Shown piece after piece: positions 30,469 to 40,349 of a DNA stretch of 64,000 bases (position 1 is its first letter; every line of letters starts with the position of its first letter). The stretch comes from a virus (taxonomy: Duplodnaviria > Heunggongvirae > Uroviricota > Caudoviricetes), in the IMG/VR virus record IMGVR_UViG_3300021255_000114, positions 64,001-128,000 of that record; one strand, given 5' to 3'. The position numbers and the translations under genes were made by a program. The notes under the pieces are model-generated. The model worked only from the letters and a program-made list of their open reading frames with translations, had not been told where the DNA came from and did not search any database.

Positions 30469-32902
30469 ATTTGACACAAGCATAGAACCCATGATATCCA
30501 GGATACCGAGTATGTTTGCATATCTTGAATTCAATGATGATTGGACAACCACGTTGCATCCGGCCAGTGACTCCCCCAATGGTTCTTGGGGTAAAGTGGT
30601 TGAAAATATCACTTTGCCTTGCGGTATCAATTTATACACCTACGTTATTGCCGAAGAGCCGACACCATACCTATGGAATGAAGGCAATACCTTTCCGACG
30701 AATGCGGATATAGAGAATGAATACGCGATAAACGCTTCAGAATACATTCGCAGAGTAGAGGGTTGCCAATATGTGGACGAGGAATATAACAGATTGTATA
30801 CTTATACTGAATATGATTCGTTTCCTGAAGAGGTTACTACCGGAATGCCTGAACGTATAAAATCACCTGAGTTAGATAGACTTGGAAATTATGTGATGGA
30901 TTGTGATGGAAACAAAATATACAAGTATTATCACAAGGAAGTATCATATATATACTACAAAAAGCAGCACCTTTTACTTGAAGGCAGTACATACACTTAT
31001 AGAACCCTCATAGATTATTATTACAGATATAAAGACATTTTACCCGCCGGTCATAATTTTATTGTTTTCATGGAGAAGGCTATTGGCAAAGTCAAAGTTG
31101 ATAAAGCATTGCTTCACATGGAGGATTATTCAAATGTTCCGGACTATCTTTACCTTGGATATGTCAAATTAATGATAGAGAAATATAAGAAATATCATCG
31201 GATTTGCGAATATTACAGAACACATTTTATAAATTTAGGCAAGCATGATGATAAACTTTTTGAAAAATGCAAGTATTATGAGTCAATTGGCGGGGATAAG
31301 TTCCTAAAATATCTTGAAACCCTTTTGCGAACACTGAACAAAGTTGCCGCCGAATATTTTTGTTATGCCGAACACGCCGATCATCAACTGCAAATATCAG
31401 TCAACGTTCCGTTATTTCAGACGAAGAATGATTTAGGGTATTTATCAACGTATTTGAATGAGTTTTCACCGGGAATACATGTCCGCCACGGTGAATTGGT
31501 GACTTACAATGGCAGAACATACATCTGTGTATTGAATCGTTTTCAAACTGGCGGTGTAAACTATCAATATTGCCTTTGCAATGGCGATTTGTATGTTCTA
31601 TCGGCAAATACATATAATAAAGTGGGGTTTGGTAAGGTTTTATTGCCTACATTACCATTGGTTATATATAATGGAAACACGTTTATTATGTTCGCCGGTG
31701 AATACTACATGTGGAGTAATGGAGAATATAAGAAAATTGATGTTGTGGAGTATTGTAGTGGTAAATGGAATGAGAACCTTGAAGTAAATGAATTTGATAC
31801 ACAGCATTTCGTATTACTATCCGAATATACCTCAAAAAACGCCTCTGCTTTGTCAATTCCTGAAAAGAGCGCATTGCCTATGAGTGATGAATGGTACAAT
31901 CAGGATAATGCATATGGGAATCACTTCCAAATCTATATAACAGTCTCGCATATCCCACAGCACTTTATTTATAAGAACATAAAAAAAGGTGATGTCTTCT
32001 ATATATGGGATGATGAAAATCAGATGTATATTGTCGATACCACAAACACAGCATTTTATGAGATTAGTGGAAAAAGTGATAGCGTCTTGCGTTCGTTGAG
32101 AAAATATCAAGAATTTATGGATAGTTCTAACTTGTTTGATGAACCCGATGGATATGAAGATTGGCTATATTACTACAAAATAGGAAACTACTACTCAGAC
32201 AGAGGAATTCTCCAAGACAGTATCGGAAACATACAGCGTTTTACAGATACGCCGCCGACTATAGGCCAATATGACACGGATTTGAAAGCCTATGGCACTA
32301 TTTTAACGGATGTCCAATGCGATACCGTCGCACGCACACTTACATTCACCTATGTTGTAAATGCACATTTAAAGGCAGTATTGACAGCCATTGAAACAGA
32401 TGATGATGGCAATTTGAAATATCATTATGGTGCATTTGAGTATGACGAATCCGATAGTCATGGGGTGAAATATATCGAAACGTACAATTATTTTGATACA
32501 GACATTGACGAACTTGTAAATAATGGTGATTTCCAAGCATTTGTTGAAGATAGAATTGAGGACATCAGTGATTATATGATGAAATATGGCTATAAGAGGT
32601 TCAGATTTTCGGTAATGAATAATACAGCAAGCATAACGTTGGGCACAAATGATTACGAATATCCTTATGTCTTGAGTGAGTATAACGAAACGGTGGAGAA
32701 CGAACTCGATTACATATATCAAGGATTATTCAAGCGCGATTATTTCACGGGGTATGCTTATGAACCTACAGTAGATAACCAAACCAACATCAAGAGAGGA
32801 AATGCTGCCACATACGAACGTCATTTCCGCTTAGGTGAATGCAAGACAATAGATGACCTTGAAAATTCCCAAAATTCGGGGTTCTATAGTTTTATGGAAT
32901 AA
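30455..32902 (+). CDS. Putative tail/baseplate structural protein (815 aa)
   Basis: Tyr/Trp beta-hairpin repeats; operon context. Confidence 0.65.
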   Translation: MKQYRFDTSIEPMISRIPSMFAYLEFNDDWTTTLHPASDSPNGSWGKVVENITLPCGINLYTYVIAEEPTPYLWNEGNTFPTNADIENEYAINASEYIRRVEGCQYVDEEYNRLYTYTEYDSFPEEVTTGMPERIKSPELDRLGNYVMDCDGNKIYKYYHKEVSYIYYKKQHLLLEGSTYTYRTLIDYYYRYKDILPAGHNFIVFMEKAIGKVKVDKALLHMEDYSNVPDYLYLGYVKLMIEKYKKYHRICEYYRTHFINLGKHDDKLFEKCKYYESIGGDKFLKYLETLLRTLNKVAAEYFCYAEHADHQLQISVNVPLFQTKNDLGYLSTYLNEFSPGIHVRHGELVTYNGRTYICVLNRFQTGGVNYQYCLCNGDLYVLSANTYNKVGFGKVLLPTLPLVIYNGNTFIMFAGEYYMWSNGEYKKIDVVEYCSGKWNENLEVNEFDTQHFVLLSEYTSKNASALSIPEKSALPMSDEWYNQDNAYGNHFQIYITVSHIPQHFIYKNIKKGDVFYIWDDENQMYIVDTTNTAFYEISGKSDSVLRSLRKYQEFMDSSNLFDEPDGYEDWLYYYKIGNYYSDRGILQDSIGNIQRFTDTPPTIGQYDTDLKAYGTILTDVQCDTVARTLTFTYVVNAHLKAVLTAIETDDDGNLKYHYGAFEYDESDSHGVKYIETYNYFDTDIDELVNNGDFQAFVEDRIEDISDYMMKYGYKRFRFSVMNNTASITLGTNDYEYPYVLSEYNETVENELDYIYQGLFKRDYFTGYAYEPTVDNQTNIKRGNAATYERHFRLGECKTIDDLENSQNSGFYSFME

Positions 32903-32968
32903 TTAGCGTTGTTTCTAAAACCTCAATTTCTTATATTTATGTTATAAGAAACGGTTTTTTGCATACAA

Positions 32969-33883
32969 ATGGCTAATAATACATATGGAATAGTAAGGGC
33001 TGCATTAATAGACCCTTCAGATGTTGAGATATTTTACTGTTACAGACCAACTAGAAACAGCGAAGACGAATCTTTCAAAAAATGGAGAAAGATAGATGAT
33101 GTTGCATCTGTATTCTCAAATGGAGAGCTTGAAACATCCACAGAGGCTGACATCAGGCTTCCCGGAATGTATAATTTGAATCTTCCAGTATCAATTTTCG
33201 GCAGGAAAGGTTTCTATACCATTTATATCAGACCAAAGGAATTAACCTGCACTATCAAAGATGTTGGAGCACTTGAATCATATCCGGAAATTCGTGGTAT
33301 TGTGGTTGATATGAATGACATTCCAGAGAACAGAAGTCTATTCACCAACGATAACCTTGTAGGGTACAGGGTAGAATATTATAATTTCCAGGGTGACGGC
33401 CTCATGCGTCAGCAGTACTATAGGCTGGTCACAAGCAATAACCTTTGTGAACCTGTTTCACAGAATGTAATTACCTCAAACACATCATCCAATGGATACC
33501 GTTTCAATGCAGGTGGTACACTATGCTTTATCACATTAACACCTTCAACTGCACCCTCATTTAAACCAAATGCAACTCCCTATATAGGTGTACCAAATCA
33601 AAAAATTGTTCTTGTCAATACCAAATTTGATCCGGTTACTCTCGAAGTTAATATCGTTGAAAATGATATGGATACCTTAAGTTATGGCATATACGGAGAA
33701 ACTGTAAGGAATCTTGATAATGGCCGAGTTTCCATTTATAATAGGGATGATGAGATATTTAAACAATTTGAATTCAGCACTGTGAAAGACAATTACACTA
33801 ATAGAAGCATTGCTGAACTTAAACAGGATGTTAGTGATAACATTGACACAAGCCTTGATATAAATGAATTAAAGAACGCATAA
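32969..33883 (+). CDS. Putative structural protein (304 aa)
   Basis: Preceded by TATTTATG at 32934; beta-rich sequence. Confidence 0.65.
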   Translation: MANNTYGIVRAALIDPSDVEIFYCYRPTRNSEDESFKKWRKIDDVASVFSNGELETSTEADIRLPGMYNLNLPVSIFGRKGFYTIYIRPKELTCTIKDVGALESYPEIRGIVVDMNDIPENRSLFTNDNLVGYRVEYYNFQGDGLMRQQYYRLVTSNNLCEPVSQNVITSNTSSNGYRFNAGGTLCFITLTPSTAPSFKPNATPYIGVPNQKIVLVNTKFDPVTLEVNIVENDMDTLSYGIYGETVRNLDNGRVSIYNRDDEIFKQFEFSTVKDNYTNRSIAELKQDVSDNIDTSLDINELKNA

Positions 33884-33886
33884 TAG

Positions 33887-36800
33887 ATGGGCCGTTATAG
33901 TAAATCATATAGTAACTTTATCCTTCGCAAAAAGCATCAGAATATCACTGGTGGCGAAATTATGGAGAGGGATTGGGTGAGCATTGGAAACGTCCATCGC
34001 CTTGAACCCGGTAAAAAGCCATATTATAGCGATTCAGGATTCATATTCACGGATAATGCACTCCCGTTTTTTAAGAAAAAGCACAATTACGGTAAATGGG
34101 TTGCACATTTCGTCTATGATGATGTTAAAGACGCTTCTTCTGAAGTAAACGAAGTGAAAGTAAACCGTAATAGCAACGATTTACGTTCATATGCATACTA
34201 CGGTTCATGTGAGGATTTGATAAAAGGAAGTATTGAGAATATAATCAAATATTTCCCGGGACGCCTTGAGCCATCCGTTTCAACTTTGGTTGTTCAAGAC
34301 ACTGACGGCACGTGGATTGATACGCACAAGTTTATATTTAAAAACCCGTTTGGGTTGGATATGTATACACAAACAATCTCAATCACCGATTTTGATAATG
34401 AATTGCATTATCTGACTGCCACGTGGCAAAACTATAACATAGTCAAGCTGGACAGTGACGGAAAGAGAACATCCATATCCCCTATTGTCGAATATAAAGT
34501 AACAAACGCCGAAGGTGAAATTCTTCAATCGAAAAAATATCATGAGCAGGGGTATGAGTATATCAGTTACAAAGATTCGTTTTTCAAATGGGATGAGGAT
34601 AAAGAGAAATTCTTGCCGGTAACATATTCCACCAATTGCAGCAACTACTTTGTGATGTGTGACGAATACATTCGTTATATGGATGTATATTATATGTGGT
34701 CTTATGATGACGGGCAATATGTACCCCTCAATGTACTTGAGATATGCAATGACAACTACCAAAAAATATACAATGTCAAGATAAAGACAGAACACGAATC
34801 TGATACATACATCACGGTTGATGTATATAAGGTTAACAGTGAAATGATTTATTGCTCCTTGGACAATGACTTCATTATAGAGCCAAACAAGGAGGCAATT
34901 GACAAATACTTCGATAGTCTTGAAGGTTTTGAGAAGAAATTACTGACACGAGATAGTATCCCTTCATACAGAAATGTTTTAAAAGTGCCATATCAATTAT
35001 CAAACGGGGCATATACGTTTACCGACAGAGTTTTTGTATGGCCATCGAGGGATTATTGCATCGATATTGAATCGATTGCTTATGAATCGTTCGTTAATGA
35101 GTTATTGGATATGGCTCTCCTCTATGATGAGGTATACTCCGATTGTATTTGGAGGTGTATGACACATGAATCCATCAAGAACTTCGACTGGTCATACCGA
35201 AAAGAGTACAACGAAAACGATATGCAGGATAATATAGACGGTGGCGAGCGTATGATGGAAGTCTTGCATTTCTATGGTAGAATATACGACAACGCAAAAC
35301 GTTACGTTGACGGAATCAGGATGACCAACAACATTACCTATGACGGTTACGACAATTGCCCTGATGCTGAGATTTCTGATAAAAATGAATCCAAGGGATG
35401 GGATATAATATCAACCATTTGGGAACCTTATTACTACGACAAGGCAGAGACAATTCCGGAAGGTGTTACAGTAACCCCTTACCCATTACTTCCGGTTAAT
35501 GTAACTAGTGAATCACCTGAATGGATAAGTATTGGATGTGAATCCGGCACAAATTACTATCATAAAAAGTGCAATGACCCTTCATTGGAGTTTTTGGGTG
35601 AGGAATATCTTAATGGCATTACAAACCGCAATCCATGGATAGAACACAATCACAATGCAATTTATATAAACCAAGGTTGCAACATAGAAGAGGGAGCATC
35701 ATATGTACAAATGAATAATGTGCCCCTTTATACTTCAGAAGATAGTCCGAAATGGATACTTGTCGGTGATAATTACTATGAGAAGACAAGTGTGGTGTAC
35801 GTTGCAGTAAACAGTGACCCAATGATAAAATATGATAATTATTGGAACGAGACAAATACTTTTACATCACTGCCTTCCGTCATTAGTAGACTAAGCCCAA
35901 GTGCCATACGGGTACTAAAAAACGAGGAATACAATTATTACGTATTGTCCGAACATGCTTTTGACAGTTCAAACTATATGCACAAGCCATGGTATTCAAG
36001 CAAGAATCCAAATGCAGTCACCCCCCTGACAAGCGATATAAGATTCCAACGCATCCTGCATTTATCAAGCAATAGGATATTCAAGACAAAGGGCACGAGG
36101 AATGCTATTGAAATGGTGATGGCGCTGTTTGGATTGGGATACGGTGAAGACTATACCATAACCGAGTATAGCAAAAGCACAAATCCTATTAAGGCTGCCG
36201 ATACTTTCTATTTCTACGACGAACTTTCAAGTGAACCGGATGGTGTTACTTGGGATGACCATAACACATTTGCAACTTTTGATGAAGTGTTACCGATACT
36301 TGGAGAGGATGCACCGCCATACATAAAAGTTGAAACTAACGGAGTGGCTTTCTATTATGAACTTAACAACGACTACGGATATGAAAATATGATTTTGGAA
36401 TTATATCGCCATAAAACAACCGAAAATTTATATGGTGATATGTATACAGGGGTTCCTGTCAATAAATTCCTTATTGGCAATGATAGTTATATCATACCAT
36501 ACTATACACAAAATAGGAGATATGACGGTTACTTGTATTTTCAACAGAAGGGCGGTTGGGGCAAGAAAAGCAAATCGTCATTCCAATATGATTACACTGA
36601 AACAATCCCTTATCTACACCTTATGCCTAACGTAGAATCACTATTGTCCATAACCCCTAATCAACTTTCAGAGAATGATGTCTATTACATTTTTGACACG
36701 ACTGATTATGCAGATTTTAACGAAGATGTACCGTTTAACCTATCCCACTATTTTAAAATATACGACCAATATAATCCACAACGTTTCAGTTCATGGAAAA

Positions 36801-37663
36801 ACATTCCAATGGAAGGAAATATAGTCTATGATAGAGAATATAATGAGAATGGGGTTACACATGAGGACTATCTCCATGCCAAGTACCTGAATGATATACT
36901 TCCAACAATATTCTACAACAACCCGCATACCGGTAACGGTGAATATGACCTAGGCAAGGAATATTTCGATTATATGCACACTCCGTATAAGTACCTCATT
37001 GACACATACAACTTTGATGATACAAAATATGTTAATATTGCAAGACAATTTCTTTTTGCAATAAATAAGATAACAACCACAGAACCGGATGGTAAATTTG
37101 CAAAATGGTTAAAAACAGTTACATACGCTTATGATGGCGGCACCTTGGAAAAAATTGTAAACGAATTCGATAGTTCCGAATATTTCCTGAATGACAAACT
37201 AATAGTTTTAAAGAATGAATTAGACAATACATACCATAAGAAATTTATGAAGGATGTTGTATTAAATTACGTATTGCAGGTAATGCCTTCAACAGCCATT
37301 CTTGTTCTTGAGGATTTTGAAACAGATAATTATAGGAAACCTTTGAAATATACTATTACCGCAACACCAAATGACACAAATTTTGGTGAAACACTTGGAA
37401 GTGGTGAATATGTTAATACCACAATGGCTTACTTACGGGCTATTGAGAAGGATGGTTACCATTTTGCCCGATGGGAACATAATGGCGAAACAGTGTCCGA
37501 AGAAACTGCAATACAGGTAAGGGTGTGTGGTGACGATGAATATGTTGCTATTTTTGAAAAGGATTGCTTGATTGATGTCAAATGCGACACGACTTGCGGG
37601 GTTATTCTAAGATGTGATACTGCCGAACTTTGCACAACCACATTCCTTTGCGAAAATGATTAG
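33887..37663 (+). CDS. Baseplate wedge-like protein (T4 gp7 / P2 gpI-type motif) with C-terminal Flg_new-like repeat
   Basis: IFKTKGTRNAIEMVMALFG matches the KGT motif of gpI/gp7-like proteins; C-terminus has G.T.GSGEY...GYHFARW. Confidence 0.65.
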   Translation: MGRYSKSYSNFILRKKHQNITGGEIMERDWVSIGNVHRLEPGKKPYYSDSGFIFTDNALPFFKKKHNYGKWVAHFVYDDVKDASSEVNEVKVNRNSNDLRSYAYYGSCEDLIKGSIENIIKYFPGRLEPSVSTLVVQDTDGTWIDTHKFIFKNPFGLDMYTQTISITDFDNELHYLTATWQNYNIVKLDSDGKRTSISPIVEYKVTNAEGEILQSKKYHEQGYEYISYKDSFFKWDEDKEKFLPVTYSTNCSNYFVMCDEYIRYMDVYYMWSYDDGQYVPLNVLEICNDNYQKIYNVKIKTEHESDTYITVDVYKVNSEMIYCSLDNDFIIEPNKEAIDKYFDSLEGFEKKLLTRDSIPSYRNVLKVPYQLSNGAYTFTDRVFVWPSRDYCIDIESIAYESFVNELLDMALLYDEVYSDCIWRCMTHESIKNFDWSYRKEYNENDMQDNIDGGERMMEVLHFYGRIYDNAKRYVDGIRMTNNITYDGYDNCPDAEISDKNESKGWDIISTIWEPYYYDKAETIPEGVTVTPYPLLPVNVTSESPEWISIGCESGTNYYHKKCNDPSLEFLGEEYLNGITNRNPWIEHNHNAIYINQGCNIEEGASYVQMNNVPLYTSEDSPKWILVGDNYYEKTSVVYVAVNSDPMIKYDNYWNETNTFTSLPSVISRLSPSAIRVLKNEEYNYYVLSEHAFDSSNYMHKPWYSSKNPNAVTPLTSDIRFQRILHLSSNRIFKTKGTRNAIEMVMALFGLGYGEDYTITEYSKSTNPIKAADTFYFYDELSSEPDGVTWDDHNTFATFDEVLPILGEDAPPYIKVETNGVAFYYELNNDYGYENMILELYRHKTTENLYGDMYTGVPVNKFLIGNDSYIIPYYTQNRRYDGYLYFQQKGGWGKKSKSSFQYDYTETIPYLHLMPNVESLLSITPNQLSENDVYYIFDTTDYADFNEDVPFNLSHYFKIYDQYNPQRFSSWKNIPMEGNIVYDREYNENGVTHEDYLHAKYLNDILPTIFYNNPHTGNGEYDLGKEYFDYMHTPYKYLIDTYNFDDTKYVNIARQFLFAINKITTTEPDGKFAKWLKTVTYAYDGGTLEKIVNEFDSSEYFLNDKLIVLKNELDNTYHKKFMKDVVLNYVLQVMPSTAILVLEDFETDNYRKPLKYTITATPNDTNFGETLGSGEYVNTTMAYLRAIEKDGYHFARWEHNGETVSEETAIQVRVCGDDEYVAIFEKDCLIDVKCDTTCGVILRCDTAELCTTTFLCEND

Positions 37664-37692
37664 TAAAATAACGAGAGTTTTGAAGAAATGTA

Positions 37693-40317
37693 ATGGCAAA
37701 CTGCATTGAAGAAATATTATGTAACCAAACATCAGATTGTGAAATTTTCATAAGTGACAAAAATGGTTTTGAGATAGATACCAGATATCTCCATGATAAT
37801 GATGATGATTACATATACATATATGTTGGCGACCGCAAAGGTTATACGCTTACAGGCTTCACTTTTCATCCAATTGAAGGCGATTCGTATAAAATAGAAT
37901 ACGAGGTGGCCGGGAAAAGCCTATATAAAGTTAAAACTATATGTAATGGAACCTACGTCGCTAATTTTTCGACAAATGTCTATGAATTGAATGTTATCCC
38001 CTACAATTCAAGGCACGGGATTGTGCTTGGAAGCGGAAGGTATCCATATAATACACTTGTCCATATTTCAGCAACAGAAAATCCGGGCTATCATTTTGTT
38101 GGGTGGTATATAAACGATACACTTATTTCAAATGATATAGAATATGAGTATACAGTAACAGAAAATGTATATATTGTAGGTCATTTTGAAGGCGACCAAT
38201 ACAGTATTGTAGCCAAGCCAAATAACAGGATTCTTGGTACTGTAAGCGGAAGTGGTGTTTATGAATACGGTACGGCTGTTACATTGGTCGCGGCACCACT
38301 TGAAGGTTCCACATTTGTCTCTTGGGATGATAATGATACAAGTCTTGAAAAAAAACTTACAGTAACACAAAATAAGGTTTATGTTGCCAATTTCCAACGT
38401 AATAGATACACCGTAACGGTAAACATTTTAAATATCTCAACAACTCGTCCAACAGAAACATGTGGCGTAGTCACAGGTGAAGGCATTTATGATTACGGGA
38501 CTGTTGTCACACTATATGCGTCACCCGCGCTTGGTTTTGGCTTTGTATCGTGGGAGAATGGTTTGGAACATCTTGAAGGTAACACGAGATATTCCTTTAC
38601 AATACAGAGTGATACTATAATAACTGCCACATTTGATGATGCTATGTATAACCTCACTCTTTATTCTTCACCGACTAATGGCGGTTATACAACAAATACC
38701 GTTTCAGACGTGTTGTTTACAGGTGGGACTTATCGTTACAACACAATTGTTCCGGCGCAAGCATTACCTTATTCAGGTTACTCATTTGACAAATGGAGTG
38801 ATGGCACCCTGACCGACACAAGAACTTTTACAATGACTTCCGATATTACACAAACAGCATATTTCATCGCCAAGACGCCAAGATACACACTTAAAATCTT
38901 TTTTGATTCATCAAAAGGTGATGTTCTTATAATGAATGGTTTGAACAACGTTACGTCATATGGACCAGGGTATGCCTATGCCACAGTCGATTCTGGCACA
39001 ACATTGACCGCCATAGTAAGAATAAACTCTCCATATGTGTTTGGTGGATGGGACGATTCGACAATTTATGGGACAACAAGAGTTTTCACACTTAATGAAA
39101 ACATAACAAGAGAAGTTTACATTACCCAAATATCATGTTATAGTACATTCACGCTTAAAGACAATGAAGTCAAATTTACGTACAATGAGATAACGTATAC
39201 TTATACCGGTTCATCGGTGGATATTGATTTACTTGGTGGTAAAACAGTAACAGTTTTTCCGTCAGATGAATCAAAATACATTGGTGGGGTGTATGATGTT
39301 ACAGACCCGTCCAATCCAATAAATGTCACACAAATGAGTTCAAGTACCGGTTCATTCTGTTACGAAGCCTACCCACAGACAGATACACATGGATATGTTA
39401 CAGGTTATTCTTATGCTTTATCAGATGAAAGGTTTAATCAAACTCAAACAACACCAAATCAACTAACTATATTCAGAAGGCTACATACCGATACAAACCA
39501 TACCGATTCGGATTTATACATAGACCCTTCACAGATTCAATGGGATGATACGGAGAACCCTGATAGGAATAGTTTTGACAGTACCACTTTACCATTGGGG
39601 AATGAGAATTACAATTTCACTAAAACATATTATAGATGCAGCCAAAGCAATTACAAGATATACTATGAAAAAATAACAATTGACATTACCACTATACCGA
39701 CATTGCCGGCATTTCCTATAACAGCCACAATCAGCAATAGTACACTTTCACCATATCTTGTCAAAGTTCCTGTAGCATTACCCATCTATAGTTTTACACA
39801 AGGTTACAATATCTATATGATGTATCATGAACCTTCACTTAATTATGATACATGGGATGACATATCCCTAATTATTGGCACTGATGGCCGTGAATGGAAT
39901 CCCCCTACGGAGAGTTTCCCTGATGCAGATACAGGTGCAAGGTTTATAACCAATAAAACAGCAAATGCTACATATGCAAAACGAATAAACAGTATAACAT
40001 TTACGCCAGAATGTAATCATGTTTATGAAATTTGTGGCTTGGGTGTTGATTATTCTCACAGCCAATATATGTATAAACTCCTCGGAAATGGGACGACAGA
40101 TACAGAAGCAGAAACACAAGGCATAATACCACAAGGTGCAAGTGTCACTACAATACAACCACAGACCGGTACAGAGGGTTATACAAGTTTGGCTGATTTG
40201 ACATATTATAACCCAATTTCAGCAAGCAGCCTTGGGAATTATGTTAAGGCACGACCACGAACACAAACAGAGGACATGTCTTATTACCAAGTTGTCGAGG
40301 TTTGCCAAACCGCCTAA
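37693..40317 (+). CDS. Tail fibre / adhesin with tandem InlB-B / Flg_new_2-type repeats
   Basis: Repeated G.V.GSG.Y.YGT.VTL.A.P..G..F..W units. Confidence 0.75.
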   Translation: MANCIEEILCNQTSDCEIFISDKNGFEIDTRYLHDNDDDYIYIYVGDRKGYTLTGFTFHPIEGDSYKIEYEVAGKSLYKVKTICNGTYVANFSTNVYELNVIPYNSRHGIVLGSGRYPYNTLVHISATENPGYHFVGWYINDTLISNDIEYEYTVTENVYIVGHFEGDQYSIVAKPNNRILGTVSGSGVYEYGTAVTLVAAPLEGSTFVSWDDNDTSLEKKLTVTQNKVYVANFQRNRYTVTVNILNISTTRPTETCGVVTGEGIYDYGTVVTLYASPALGFGFVSWENGLEHLEGNTRYSFTIQSDTIITATFDDAMYNLTLYSSPTNGGYTTNTVSDVLFTGGTYRYNTIVPAQALPYSGYSFDKWSDGTLTDTRTFTMTSDITQTAYFIAKTPRYTLKIFFDSSKGDVLIMNGLNNVTSYGPGYAYATVDSGTTLTAIVRINSPYVFGGWDDSTIYGTTRVFTLNENITREVYITQISCYSTFTLKDNEVKFTYNEITYTYTGSSVDIDLLGGKTVTVFPSDESKYIGGVYDVTDPSNPINVTQMSSSTGSFCYEAYPQTDTHGYVTGYSYALSDERFNQTQTTPNQLTIFRRLHTDTNHTDSDLYIDPSQIQWDDTENPDRNSFDSTTLPLGNENYNFTKTYYRCSQSNYKIYYEKITIDITTIPTLPAFPITATISNSTLSPYLVKVPVALPIYSFTQGYNIYMMYHEPSLNYDTWDDISLIIGTDGREWNPPTESFPDADTGARFITNKTANATYAKRINSITFTPECNHVYEICGLGVDYSHSQYMYKLLGNGTTDTEAETQGIIPQGASVTTIQPQTGTEGYTSLADLTYYNPISASSLGNYVKARPRTQTEDMSYYQVVEVCQTA

Positions 40318-40349
40318 TTATTATTAAGAAAAAAAAAACACAATACAAA